The notes: a model not told the origin generated them from the letters alone. DNA of 64,000 nt from Acidobacteriota bacterium (GCA_965248695.1 CBDFKD010000002.1:640001-704000), one strand, 5' to 3'; shown: positions 9,257 to 19,564, counted from the first letter of the stretch. Translations and numbers: made by a program.

Positions 9257-11845
9257 CTAGCTTGTCTGCTCCGCCCGGGGGCGAAAGACAGCGTTGAAGA
9301 GCACTTTGAACGTCTGGTGCGACTGCGCCCGATACTCCGGCGAGAAACCGACCATCACCAGCCGACCTTCGCCGTACGGGACCTCGAGAAGAGCAGCACG
9401 GCCGGCAAGCTCCGATTCGCCCTGGATCCAACCGCTCATCAGCAGCGCCGTGTCGGGATAACTGGCGACGACACGCGCGGTTGCCGGCGCGCGCCAGAAG
9501 GGACTGTTCCAGAAGAATACGGATGTCTCCGACCGGAGCCCGTAAGCCAACCAATGGCGCGTGTCTACATCGACCCGCAAGATCGATCCCGGAATGTTGA
9601 AGGTGGTGCGCGGCAATGCCCGGTGCAGGCTTCGCGGCGCGTCGAGATGGCGCGCCGCGAACTCGGTCGATCCTCCCCAAGTCAGCACGGTGCCGCCAGC
9701 CGCGAGGTAAGCACGCAGGGCGGCGACGCCTTCGGAGCCGATACCACCGGCGATGTTCGGAGGGCTCGGAGGCCGGCGCCGGCCGGCACGTTCCTCGGCG
9801 ATTCCCGGGAGTCCGGCGACGATGCTGTCGGCGCTTCCCGGTGGGACGATCACGAGTCCGTACGGATCGAGATCGCCACGGCGAACGTCGGCGTCCCGCA
9901 GCGTATCGAACGGTATTGCGTGTTGCTCGAACACGAAGCGCGCCCATCCCTCCGGGATACTGGGCACATAGCTCTGGTAAATGCCGACTCGGGGCGGCGC
10001 GATCCAGCCGGAGGCTACGGTCGGAATCTCGCTGACCCCCCAGCCCACGACGCGGTGCTCCTCAACCAGCGCCGCCAGTTGCTGCAGCGCCGCAATCGCC
10101 GCCGCTCCTCGGGGTAGCGTGTAGATCCAGCTGCCCGCCGGCCACGGCTTACCTGCCGCCTCGAATGGCTCCGTCGAGCGACGCAGGCCGCCACCGGCTA
10201 GCTGGACGGCGACGCTGAACGTGTTGTTGACGCGTGGATCGAGCAGGTAGGCCACCGCGTTGCCCAGCGGATCCACTAGTTCGCCCGTCGGCTGTATCGG
10301 TGCGGTGATGGGCGCCAGATCAGCCTCGAACGCCTCCGCCACAACTTCCACATCAACGTTCATCAACAGCGGCAAGGTGTGCGCCGTGACATCGTACGGT
10401 GGATCGAGCGGACCGCCTTCGTACAGGAGCATCCGAGGATAGACCTGACGCTCGAGAACGCTCTTGGCGAAGCGACCCGCGGGCTGGGCGAAGCGCACCA
10501 CCACGGAGCCCGCGTCGAAGTCACGCCCGGCGGCAGTGAACGGTCCTCGCGCAACCTCGAGCTCGACGTCGGAGATCAGCAGCACCTCCTGGAGCCTCGC
10601 CGCCACCGGTGGGTCGGGCTGCATAGCTGGTATGACGAACGCGTACGGGGATCCGCTGGGCGGCGACACCGAGCGTCGCTGCGTCTGCAACATGCCACGC
10701 AACAGATGTTGTCTCAGATCGGCGGCGGCGCGAAGGGCCGCCATGGCACCGGCGTAGTGGTAGTCGACGACGTCGCGGAAACGCCACGCTCCGCCCGGCC
10801 ACGGATCGGGGAAATACCAGTGCCGCTCACGGTAGGCGCTCGCCAGTTGATCCGGCGAGACCTCCAGGTCGTCCGCGTAGTCGGCGCTCGCCACCTCAGT
10901 GAGCAGCCGAACGCCACCGTGCGTGTGGGGGTAAGCCCGCGCCGGCGTCCAGGCATCGTATCTCTGCTTCCATTCGACCCCGGAATAGCCGCGGGCGGTG
11001 AGGTACTGCCCCATGAACGTGCCAATCATGTTGTTGGATGCGATCAGGGTGGCGTCGACGTTCGGCTCCCATGGATCCTCGAACGGCGGCACGAAGATCC
11101 GCGAGCGGTTCGACCCCTGCTGATGCTGATCGAGCACGAACTGCGGATGCAGCAGGTTGTGCAGGCGGACAGAGAGCCGAGTCTCGACCTGGGTGAACAT
11201 GTACCAGTCGCGATTGTTGTCGTGCCCCACATAGCGTTGATACAAGAACGGCGGCGGCGAGTTCTGGTACGGCGTCCCACGCTGCGTGTCCAGCCAGGTA
11301 GTCACCATCTCCTGGCCATCGGGGTTGTGCACCGGCACGTGAGCGATGATCACGTTCTCGAGGATGTGTCGCGTCTCGGCATCGTCGGCCGCGGCAAGAC
11401 GGTGCGCCAGCAGGAGGCCGCCCTGCGAGGCGCCGACTTCGGTCGAGTGGATCTGGCCGTTGACGATGACGACCGATCGTCCGTTTTCGAGGATTCGATC
11501 CGCTTCCGCGTCACTCAGCCCGCGTGGGTCGTAGAGCCTGGCGTTGTCCGCCAGCAGGTGGTCGATCTGCGCCAGGTTGCCCGGCGCAGAGATCAGCGAG
11601 TAGTAGAACGGCCGACCATCGGTCGTAGCTCCGAAGCGGTGTACCTGGACCCGATCGGAACGCTCGGCAAGAAGCTCGTAGTACTCGAGAATCTCGGAGT
11701 GTCGGATCAGCACTCCCGCGCCGCCGATCTGGCGCCCGAAGTAGTCGCTCGGGTGTGGGATGTCCTGTCCGATCGCTGGCGCTACCATTGAGGCGGCAAG
11801 GCCGATAATCAGGAGGGTCAGCAAGCAGGATCGTATTGAGCGCAT
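9257..11845 (-). CDS. Secreted M14 zinc carboxypeptidase with C-terminal GATase-like domain
   Basis: Signal peptide, IHSTE, NPDG, DNNRDW, DQHQQG. Confidence 0.9.
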   Translation of the reverse strand: MRSIRSCLLTLLIIGLAASMVAPAIGQDIPHPSDYFGRQIGGAGVLIRHSEILEYYELLAERSDRVQVHRFGATTDGRPFYYSLISAPGNLAQIDHLLADNARLYDPRGLSDAEADRILENGRSVVIVNGQIHSTEVGASQGGLLLAHRLAAADDAETRHILENVIIAHVPVHNPDGQEMVTTWLDTQRGTPYQNSPPPFLYQRYVGHDNNRDWYMFTQVETRLSVRLHNLLHPQFVLDQHQQGSNRSRIFVPPFEDPWEPNVDATLIASNNMIGTFMGQYLTARGYSGVEWKQRYDAWTPARAYPHTHGGVRLLTEVASADYADDLEVSPDQLASAYRERHWYFPDPWPGGAWRFRDVVDYHYAGAMAALRAAADLRQHLLRGMLQTQRRSVSPPSGSPYAFVIPAMQPDPPVAARLQEVLLISDVELEVARGPFTAAGRDFDAGSVVVRFAQPAGRFAKSVLERQVYPRMLLYEGGPLDPPYDVTAHTLPLLMNVDVEVVAEAFEADLAPITAPIQPTGELVDPLGNAVAYLLDPRVNNTFSVAVQLAGGGLRRSTEPFEAAGKPWPAGSWIYTLPRGAAAIAALQQLAALVEEHRVVGWGVSEIPTVASGWIAPPRVGIYQSYVPSIPEGWARFVFEQHAIPFDTLRDADVRRGDLDPYGLVIVPPGSADSIVAGLPGIAEERAGRRRPPSPPNIAGGIGSEGVAALRAYLAAGGTVLTWGGSTEFAARHLDAPRSLHRALPRTTFNIPGSILRVDVDTRHWLAYGLRSETSVFFWNSPFWRAPATARVVASYPDTALLMSGWIQGESELAGRAALLEVPYGEGRLVMVGFSPEYRAQSHQTFKVLFNAVFRPRAEQTS

Positions 11846-11951
11846 CGAACCTCCATAGGAAACGCGGCCGGATCGGCTCTAGAGCCGCGGCAGTATCCCA
11901 CGCGTGCGTTCTGGCGCCGGGATTCAGAGATCGTCTGACCGGAGACGAACG

Positions 11952-12320
11952 ATGTCCGTGACACAGACCATGCGATGCCCGAGTTGCGGCTCCGAATACC
12001 GTACTGGCTTCGAAACCTGTGCCGATTGCGGTGTCGCCCTGGAGCACGCCGACGCAACGTCGCCGGCCGTCGAGCCGGTCGATACGCTCGACTGGTCGCC
12101 GCTTCGCACGCTGTCTTCGGAAAGCGAAGCCGTCCTGCTGCAGGGTTATCTGGAGAACGCCGGCGTGGCGTGCGCAATCGAGTCGCTGGTATTCCACGCC
12201 GAGCCGTTCACTTTCGGCCCGCTCGCCAAGGTTCGGGTATACGTGCCGACCGCCGACCATGAGCGCGCCGAACAGCTGCTACGCGCCTGCCACCTCGTCG
12301 CTGCTCCCGAGCCGGACTAG
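11952..12320 (+). CDS. Zinc-ribbon plus DUF2007-like protein
   Basis: CPSCGSEYRTGFETCADC, then EAVLLQGYLENAGV. Confidence 0.8.
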   Translation: MSVTQTMRCPSCGSEYRTGFETCADCGVALEHADATSPAVEPVDTLDWSPLRTLSSESEAVLLQGYLENAGVACAIESLVFHAEPFTFGPLAKVRVYVPTADHERAEQLLRACHLVAAPEPD

Positions 12321-12375
12321 TTGGCCTGCTCGATATCCTCCTCGTCGTGGCTGCCGAGCCCGACTAGCTGTCGCC

Positions 12376-12699
12376 TTACTCGGTCCTCTCGATCATCGCG
12401 GCAGTGCCGAAGACGAGAATCTCCGCCGCCGACGCCATGATGTAGGAGGTCGAGAAGCCCACCCCGATGATCGCATTGGCATCTAGCTGCCTGGCCTCCT
12501 CGATCATTCGATCGAGCGCTTGCTCACGCGCCTCGGCCATCATCTTCGTGTAGTCGGAGATCTCACCGCCCACCATGCCGCGCAGGCCCGCCATGATGTC
12601 GCGGCCGACGTGGCGCGCGCGCACGGTGTTGCCGCGCACGAGACCAAGGGTCGCCACGACCGTTGCTCCGGGAACTGTTTCGATAGTGGTGAGGATCAT
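12376..12699 (-). CDS. ybjQ: YbjQ (UPF0145) family protein
   Basis: GLVRGNTVRARHVGRD...GGEI..YT...EAREQA...GTA. Confidence 0.92.
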   Translation of the reverse strand: MILTTIETVPGATVVATLGLVRGNTVRARHVGRDIMAGLRGMVGGEISDYTKMMAEAREQALDRMIEEARQLDANAIIGVGFSTSYIMASAAEILVFGTAAMIERTE

Positions 12700-13184
12700 C
12701 GCTCGACCCCTTTATAGCGTTCCGTTCGATACAGATAGGCGCGCTCACGCGCGATATTTACCAGCAGCAGCAGCATGCCACCAACGAAGCTACCCACGCC
12801 CAGCCGCACCACCAAGGACACCGAAGCGTCCAGCAGGACGTTCATCATCAGGTGCCAGAGGCCGAAACCGCTGAGCAGCGTCACGCCTAGCCAGAGCAGC
12901 GCCCAGCCCAGGCTTCGGGCGATGCGATCATAGATCCGCTCCCACGCCCGGGCGGTGTCTATCGGAGCTCCTTGTTCGATCATCGCTTCGGTTACCTCCC
13001 CTAGTCGTCGATAGGCTTGCTCCTCTCGCCGACAGCTCACGCACACGGCAAGGTGGTCTTCGAGCCTACGGCTCGCGTCGGCCTCGAGCTCGCCGTCGAT
13101 GAAGCCCATCAACAGCACCCGAGCCTCATCGCATTCCCGTGGTGGCGGGCCTCCTGATTTCGACCTTCGAGTCATCTCACTCAT
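12696..13184 (-). CDS. Zinc-binding anti-sigma factor (zf-HC2) with two TM helices
   Basis: DGEL...HLAVCVSC; adjacent to ECF sigma. Confidence 0.88.
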   Translation of the reverse strand: MSEMTRRSKSGGPPPRECDEARVLLMGFIDGELEADASRRLEDHLAVCVSCRREEQAYRRLGEVTEAMIEQGAPIDTARAWERIYDRIARSLGWALLWLGVTLLSGFGLWHLMMNVLLDASVSLVVRLGVGSFVGGMLLLLVNIARERAYLYRTERYKGVER

Positions 13185-13202
13185 CCTGTTGCTCCCTGCC
13201 GA

Positions 13203-13769
13203 TCACCGATCTGTCTCGATCAGGCCCGGATCGAGCTCCTCGAGGCGCTCACGCAGCCGCTTTCGGGCGCGAAAAAGACGGGACATCACCGTGCCGCTCG
13301 GTATCCCCAACTGGACAGCTAGCTCGTCGTATGTGAAGCCTTCGACGTGCTTGAGAACGAGCAGAGCGCGATCGTCGGCTGAGATCGAACGGATCGCTCG
13401 CGCCACCAGATCCGCGGTTCGCGACGGCGCCCCGATCGCGCCAGGGGCGGCCCAGTGCCCGGGCCGCTGCCCGGCTGCCTCGCGCCGCGCCCGTGAGCGT
13501 GAGCGCGATCGCACGAAGACCTTCGCCCGGTTGATCAGGATGCCGCGCAACCAGGGATAGAACGGACGCCCGGGCTCATGCGTCGGCATCGCCCGAAAGG
13601 CGGCGACAAAGGCTTCCTGGGCAACATCCTCGGCCTCACCGGAGTCGCCGATCAACGCACCGGCCAGGCGCACTGCACGGCCGAAATAGGCGTCCACCAG
13701 CGGCCGGTAGGCCGAGGCCTGCCCGCGACGGCAGGCGTCGAGGCAATGCTGTTCGTACGTGGCTTCCAT
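13203..13769 (-). CDS. ECF sigma-70 factor
   Basis: AEDVAQEAF, WLRGILIN, TYDELAVQLGIPSGTVMSRLFRAR. Confidence 0.93.
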   Translation of the reverse strand: MEATYEQHCLDACRRGQASAYRPLVDAYFGRAVRLAGALIGDSGEAEDVAQEAFVAAFRAMPTHEPGRPFYPWLRGILINRAKVFVRSRSRSRARREAAGQRPGHWAAPGAIGAPSRTADLVARAIRSISADDRALLVLKHVEGFTYDELAVQLGIPSGTVMSRLFRARKRLRERLEELDPGLIETDR

Positions 13770-14088
13770 ATGCCTTCTAGCGTTGCTGGCCGTTCGTGTA
13801 GAACACAGCCCTGCCCCTAGTTTGCCGCCGACGACCAACGTCTTCCGAGATGATCCGCGATCCGTCGAAAGTCGCATCGGCGCCGTCCTCTGGGAGCAGG
13901 GATGCGTCAGAGCGTCGATTCATGGACACCGTACGCCCACTGAGGACCCGACGCTCATAGCGAGGAAACTGACCGCTAGCTATTAGTCACTATTAGATAC
14001 TTTTACACTGTTAACCACTTCCAAACAGACATCCGAAGCGCTATGCTGTCCTTCAGTCACCATCAAGGAGGGGACAGGAGTCGCAAGC

Positions 14089-14457
14089 ATGAGTCCGAAA
14101 CTATGGGGAGGCGAAGAGCGCCGCGCCTTCCCACGCCACGAGGCGACGCTCAACGTCCATATCCAGGTGGAGGTGTACGGGTTCGACGCCGACGCCCGCC
14201 CGTTCTTTTGCCGTGGGACGACGACCAACATCAGCCGGAGCGGTCTCCTCGGAAGGGTCAACGCGCCGGTCAACGTAGGCGCGATTTGCAAGCTGTTCTT
14301 CCATGACCCGAGCGTGGAGCTGCATCCGCACAACGTCTGCGGGCGCGTAACTCGCTGCGCTGAGCGCGACGGCGCGTTCGATGTGTCGCTAGAATTCGAC
14401 GAGACGCTGAGCAAGCTGCGTGCCGCGGATATGGTGGCGGTCGTGACGGTCGCCTGA
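14089..14457 (+). CDS. Single-domain PilZ protein
   Basis: ERRAFPR (RxxxR) and NISRSG ((D/N)xSxxG). Confidence 0.85.
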   Translation: MSPKLWGGEERRAFPRHEATLNVHIQVEVYGFDADARPFFCRGTTTNISRSGLLGRVNAPVNVGAICKLFFHDPSVELHPHNVCGRVTRCAERDGAFDVSLEFDETLSKLRAADMVAVVTVA

Positions 14458-14480
14458 CCAGCCAAGCGGCCCGGAAGCGG

Positions 14481-15998
14481 ATGTCTGACCTCCCTGACCT
14501 CGGCGACCTCGATCCGGAGGAGTTTCGTCGACGCGGCCACCAGGTAATCGACTGGATCTGCGACTACCTCACCAATACGCGCGACTATCCAGTGTTGTCC
14601 AAGGCTCGGCCGGGCCAGATCCTCGCACAGCTGCCCGCCACCGGGCCTGAAGAACCGGTCTCGTGGGACGAGACGCTGGCGGCGATCGACGACGTGCTGG
14701 TTCCCGGCATGACGCACTGGAATCACCCGGGATTCTTCGCCTATTTCGCCAACACGGGCTCCGCGCCAGGAATTCTAGGAGCAGCGCTGGCGACGGCGCT
14801 GAACCCCAACGGCATGCTCTGGCGTACTTCGCCGGCGGTAACCGAGCTCGAGCAGCGCGTGCTGGAGTGGGTGCGAGACTGGCTCGGCTTGCCGGCCGAG
14901 TGCTTCGGCATCATCTATGACACCGCGTCAACCTCCAGCCTGTGCGCGCTCGCCGCAGCACGGCAGGCTGCCGATGGATATTGCCGCGAGCGGGGCGTCG
15001 CTGCGCTCGACGGCAGGTTGCGGTTGTATCGATCGGAACAGGCGCATTCCTCGATCGACAAGGCGGCGCTGGTGCTCGGTCTGGGCCTCGATTCGGTTCG
15101 CGCCGTGCCGACACGTGACGACTACTCGATGGACCCTGCCGCCCTCGCGGAGACGATCGAAGCCGACAGAAACGCCGGGCTACTGCCCTTCTGTGTCGTC
15201 GCTACTGCCGGAACCACATCGTCCACTAGCATCGACCCTCTCGCCGACATCGCCAGCGTGTGCGAGCGCCACCGACTCTGGATGCACGTCGATGCCGCCT
15301 ACGGTGGCGCAGCAGCGATGGTGCCAGAGACGCGCTCGCTCTTCGCCGGCTGGGAACGCGCCCAATCGGTGGTGGTGAACCCGCACAAGTGGCTCTACAC
15401 ACCGATGTCGTGCAGTCTGCTCTACACCACTCGTCCGGACACGCTTCGCGAGGCGTTCAGCCTAGTCCCGGAGTATCTCCGCAGTGATGTCGGCGAACCA
15501 CCCCGGGGCGCTTCCGACAACGCCGACACCGCACCGCCCGATCTCATGAACTTTGGCATCCAGCTCGGCCGACCGTTCCGAGCGCTGAAACTCTGGATGG
15601 TCCTCAATGCGTACGGTCGACGCGGCATCGTCGATCGTTTGCGCGCCCAGCTGGCGATGGCAGCCGACCTTGCCCGCCGCATCGACGAGCACCCGGACTT
15701 CGAAAGGCTCGCCGCCACGCCGCTGGGTACCGTCTGCTTCCGCTGCCGGCCGGGCGCGGGCAGCTCGCCCAGCGACGGGACCACGCTTCCGGAGATCGAC
15801 CACGATCCTCATGCCGAGCTCAACGAGCAACTGATGACCAGGGTGAACGACGGCGGCGCGATGTTCATCTCCCACACCCGACTGCGCGGCCGACTCGTGC
15901 TGCGCATGTCGATCGGCAATCTTCGCACCACGCGCGACGACCTCGACTTGGCCTGGAAGACACTCCAGCGGGCGGCTACTGAGCTGCTTTCAGCCTGA
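14481..15998 (+). CDS. Group II PLP-dependent (aromatic amino acid) decarboxylase
   Basis: THWNHPGFFAYF, HVDAAYGG, NPHKW. Confidence 0.93.
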   Translation: MSDLPDLGDLDPEEFRRRGHQVIDWICDYLTNTRDYPVLSKARPGQILAQLPATGPEEPVSWDETLAAIDDVLVPGMTHWNHPGFFAYFANTGSAPGILGAALATALNPNGMLWRTSPAVTELEQRVLEWVRDWLGLPAECFGIIYDTASTSSLCALAAARQAADGYCRERGVAALDGRLRLYRSEQAHSSIDKAALVLGLGLDSVRAVPTRDDYSMDPAALAETIEADRNAGLLPFCVVATAGTTSSTSIDPLADIASVCERHRLWMHVDAAYGGAAAMVPETRSLFAGWERAQSVVVNPHKWLYTPMSCSLLYTTRPDTLREAFSLVPEYLRSDVGEPPRGASDNADTAPPDLMNFGIQLGRPFRALKLWMVLNAYGRRGIVDRLRAQLAMAADLARRIDEHPDFERLAATPLGTVCFRCRPGAGSSPSDGTTLPEIDHDPHAELNEQLMTRVNDGGAMFISHTRLRGRLVLRMSIGNLRTTRDDLDLAWKTLQRAATELLSA

Positions 15999-16030
15999 GG
16001 CGCCTCGACCTCGGACTCGGCACCACCGGG

Positions 16031-16243
16031 TCAGGTGTGCGTCTGGTCGCCATCTGCGACGGTATCGGCTGCCTTTCCGGCTCGTTCTTCGGCCGCCAGC
16101 TTTCGTGCCTCCACCAGGAGCTCATGCACCTGACTCGACTGCTCGCGAAGCGAGCGCCGCTGCAAGATGGCCAGGAGCACGGTGAGTCCCATGAACACGA
16201 TCGCCACGAGCAGGAAGACGAGCGCCAAGGGGTTCCGTTCCAT
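16031..16243 (-). CDS. Small single-TM hypothetical protein
   Basis: Hydrophobic N-terminal helix; starts 11 bp after the rocD stop. Confidence 0.6.
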   Translation of the reverse strand: MERNPLALVFLLVAIVFMGLTVLLAILQRRSLREQSSQVHELLVEARKLAAEERAGKAADTVADGDQTHT

Positions 16244-16254
16244 CGGTCTCTGAC

Positions 16255-17502
16255 TCAGGACACCAGATCGACGCCGTCGCCCTGCAGGACGGCGCGAATA
16301 TCGGGGAGCACCTCCTGCAGGATCTCGCGCGTCACGACCAACGGTGGTGCGAAGCGGATCACCTGCTCGTGTGTCTCTTTGGCGAGGATGCCACGTCGGG
16401 CGAGTTCTTTGCAGAACGGCCGCGCCGGACCCGAGGCGTCGCGCACGACAACACCAACCATGAGACCACGGCCACGGACCTGCTCGACGTGCGGCGTATC
16501 AACCGCACGCAGCTCGTCCATGAACCACTGCCCCAGGTCGTTGGCGTTCTCCACCAGTCTCTCTTCCACCAGCACCGCCAGTGCCTCGCGAGCGACCGCC
16601 GCGGCGAGCGGGTTGCCGCCGAAAGTGGACCCATGATCACCGGGCTGGAATACACCCATCACCGCACTATCAGCCAGCACCGCGGACACCGGGTACACAC
16701 CACCGCCCAGAGCCTTGCCGAGGATCAGGACGTCGGGCCTGACGTCCTCCCATTGGGTCGCCAGCAGCCTGCCGGTGCGGCCGAGCCCGGTCTGCACCTC
16801 GTCGGCGATCATCAGAGCTCCGTGTTCCCCACAAAGCTCCGACATCGAGGTCAGGAAGCCGTCGGGCGGCACCACAACACCGGCCTCGCCTTGAATCGGC
16901 TCTGCCAGCACGCCGACCGTGTTGGGCCCGAACGCCGACGACAACGCGTCGATATCTCCGAACGGCACGATCTTGAAGCCGGGGGCGAACGGGCCGAACC
17001 CGTCGCGGGCCTGCGGATCCGTCGAGAAGCCGACGATCGCCGTCGTGCGGCCATGGAAGTTGCCGGACATGACGATAATCTCGGCCGCGTCCGGGGCTAC
17101 ACCGCGAACCTCGTAGCCCCACTTACGCGCCGTCTTGATCGCCGTCTCGACCGCCTCGGCGCCGGTGTTCATGGGTAGCGCTCGCTCGTAGCCCATGAGC
17201 TCGCAAAGCTGGCGCAGGAACGGGCCCATCTGGTCGTTGTGGAAGGCGCGCGAGGTCAACGTCAGGACCGCAGCCTGGCGTCTTAGCGCGTCGACGATGC
17301 GAGGGTGACAGTGACCCTGATTCACCGCCGAATACGCCGCCAGGCAGTCAAGGTAGCGATTGCCGTCAATATCCCAGACCCAGCAACCCTCACCGCGCGT
17401 CAGCACTACGTCGAGGGGGTGGTAGTTGTGCGCCCCCCAATTGTCGGCGAGATCGATATAACGTTGTGAGTCTGCGACGGCGGCTACGGATTCTACGGAC
17501 AT
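16255..17502 (-). CDS. rocD: Ornithine--oxo-acid aminotransferase
   Basis: AHNYHPL, YSAVNQGH, MNTGAEAVE, DEVQTGLGRTG, LGKALGGG, HGSTFGGNP. Confidence 0.95.
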   Translation of the reverse strand: MSVESVAAVADSQRYIDLADNWGAHNYHPLDVVLTRGEGCWVWDIDGNRYLDCLAAYSAVNQGHCHPRIVDALRRQAAVLTLTSRAFHNDQMGPFLRQLCELMGYERALPMNTGAEAVETAIKTARKWGYEVRGVAPDAAEIIVMSGNFHGRTTAIVGFSTDPQARDGFGPFAPGFKIVPFGDIDALSSAFGPNTVGVLAEPIQGEAGVVVPPDGFLTSMSELCGEHGALMIADEVQTGLGRTGRLLATQWEDVRPDVLILGKALGGGVYPVSAVLADSAVMGVFQPGDHGSTFGGNPLAAAVAREALAVLVEERLVENANDLGQWFMDELRAVDTPHVEQVRGRGLMVGVVVRDASGPARPFCKELARRGILAKETHEQVIRFAPPLVVTREILQEVLPDIRAVLQGDGVDLVS

Positions 17503-17763
17503 GTCTTTCTCGATCTCCAAGATAGAGCGCGAGCAGGCGGGTCGTCCCGAAGTGGCACACCGTCGGTCAGCTCGCTCGACACGGAAGTGGCAGGTCGGAC
17601 CTGCTGTAAAAGCGCCGGCGAGATATTATAGTTCTCTTCCACAATAAAGCTCTTCACGCCTATTCGGCCGAGCGGTGGTCAGGGAATCCGCGCACGATGC
17701 GCTCCGCCCTCGCCAGCGAAGGCGATCGCCAGATTGCCGCTCGCCCCCCAAGGAGACTCACCG

Positions 17764-18252
17764 ATGGCACGTCGCACGCGACTTGCAATGATGCTGGCTC
17801 TGGTGCTGGCGCTACCGTTTGCCGCCGCGTGCGGCGCCGCAGAGGAACCCGTCGCCGAGACGCCAGAGGCGCCTGCCGAGGAGGCAGCGCCGGCCCCGGT
17901 CGAAGAACCGATGGAAGAGCCTGAGCCCCAAGAACCCGCCGAGCCGGAACTCGTCGGCAACATCGTTCTTTCGGGCGACAACTTCGAATGGGGCGATTTC
18001 GGCGCCGGGCAGCCGGCTCCGTATACCTGGACCGTCCGGATCAACAACGATACGACGGCAACGCTGTCGATCCGTGTCAGCTTCCAGTTCCTGGACGACG
18101 ACGACCAGGTCATCAAGACTGAGCGGACGACGATCCGTCTGGACGCGGCCACCAGCCGCACCATCCGCGAAGCCGGCACGATGCCGTACGACGACGCGCT
18201 GAAGGTGATCGGTTTCCTGGCCGACTACACGTACGACATCGTCACGCCCTAG
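17764..18252 (+). CDS. Lipoprotein with Pro/Glu-rich linker and Ig-like domain
   Basis: Lipobox AAAC; GGAG RBS. Confidence 0.75.
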   Translation: MARRTRLAMMLALVLALPFAAACGAAEEPVAETPEAPAEEAAPAPVEEPMEEPEPQEPAEPELVGNIVLSGDNFEWGDFGAGQPAPYTWTVRINNDTTATLSIRVSFQFLDDDDQVIKTERTTIRLDAATSRTIREAGTMPYDDALKVIGFLADYTYDIVTP

Positions 18253-19363
18253 TGGCCGTGTCACAGACAACGTCGTCGAAGGCCCTCAGCAACCGATCGG
18301 TTTCCTGAGGTTCGATCGATCGTCCCATGTGGCCGATGCGGAAGATCTTGCCGGCGAGCTCATCGATCCCGCCTGAGATGTAAATTCCGTAGCGATGCCG
18401 CAGCGTCTCGATCATCTCGGCCACCGGTATGTCCTCACGCGCCAGCACGGCTGTGGTGATCGGTGAGGCGTAGCTATCGGCGCACAGCATCGAGAACCCC
18501 AGGTCGCGTAGCCCTTGGCGCACACGCTCGGCCGCCTCGCGCGTCCGCCTGATGCGTACCGACAAGCCTTCTTCGAGGATCAACCCGAGGCTGACATTGA
18601 GCGCCGACATGAGGCCCGTCGGCATGGTGGTGGGAAACGGATGCCAGTGGCCCCATTTGTCCTCAAGTCGACGATAGGTCCGCAGGTCGAACAGCCAGGC
18701 TCGCGGCGGCCCGCTGGCCTCGATCGCCTCCCAGGCCTGTGGGCTTATCGATATCGGCGCCAAGCCCGGCTGCGCTGCCAGACCCTTGTTGGAGACGCTG
18801 GCACATAGGTCGACACCCCAGTCATCGATCGGCAGCTCCGTTCCACCGAGCGATGAGATGGCATCGATGATCGAGATCACTCCTGCTTCGCGACCCGCGG
18901 TCGCAATCGGCTCGACCGGGTTGAGCACGCCGGTCGAGGTCTCGTGATGCACCCAGACGACGGCTCTTGGTCGCGGCTCCTCGGCGAAACACCGCACTAC
19001 TGCGGTTGCGTCGATGGGCTCACCGAGAGGGAACTCCATCACCCTGACGTCGGCACCATGTGCGCGGCATATCTGCGCCAACCGATCACCGAATATCCCG
19101 TTCGTGGGCACGAGCACCGGCGATCCCGGCACCAGCACCGACGTGATCGCCGCCTCGAGCGCGGCGGTGCCGGGTCCGGCCACGAGATAGAGGTCGTTCG
19201 ACGTGCGGAAGACCCGCTTCATCTGCCGCCGACAGCGATTGAACTCGGCGACAAACTCGGCCCCGTAGTGGGGGCGGATCGGGGCGGCGGCCGCGGCAAG
19301 CACATCCGGGTGAGCCGCTGCTGGGCCCGGAATGAAAAGATGAACGTCGTCGCCGTCTGACAC
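18242..19363 (-). CDS. Class V aminotransferase (alanine-glyoxylate / serine-pyruvate type)
   Basis: FIPGP, HHETSTG, DAISSLGG, SNKGL, FRIGHMG; GAGGAGG RBS before GTG at 19363. Confidence 0.92.
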   Translation of the reverse strand: MSDGDDVHLFIPGPAAAHPDVLAAAAAPIRPHYGAEFVAEFNRCRRQMKRVFRTSNDLYLVAGPGTAALEAAITSVLVPGSPVLVPTNGIFGDRLAQICRAHGADVRVMEFPLGEPIDATAVVRCFAEEPRPRAVVWVHHETSTGVLNPVEPIATAGREAGVISIIDAISSLGGTELPIDDWGVDLCASVSNKGLAAQPGLAPISISPQAWEAIEASGPPRAWLFDLRTYRRLEDKWGHWHPFPTTMPTGLMSALNVSLGLILEEGLSVRIRRTREAAERVRQGLRDLGFSMLCADSYASPITTAVLAREDIPVAEMIETLRHRYGIYISGGIDELAGKIFRIGHMGRSIEPQETDRLLRAFDDVVCDTATRA

Positions 19364-19496
19364 AGGCCCCTCCTCGGCTAAGCATAGCAAGCCGTTGTCG
19401 GGCCTGTTTCGGACCGCGGTGAACTGTCCGATCATGGGACGCCCCCTTCCCACAAGCGAACAAGAGCAGCGCCTTGCGCGCCGCGCCGCCAGCTGG

Positions 19497-19564
19497 CAAA
19501 TTATTGATAATATGTAGGTTACATGCTCTCGGTGAGGCTCTGGACCGCTTGGCACGTGGCTTGC
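19497..19564 (+). promoter_or_regulatory. Sigma-54 promoter with upstream IHF site
   Basis: TGGCAC-GTGGC-TTGC at 19550-19564; IHF consensus WATCAANNNNTTR matched by TATCAATAATTTG (- strand, 19497-19509). Confidence 0.85.

Noticed and set aside
8082-9947. 621-aa minus-strand ORF and the many other long overlapping ORFs
   Set aside because: Arg/Pro-rich shadow frames expected at high GC; they overlap well-supported genes and the MITE.
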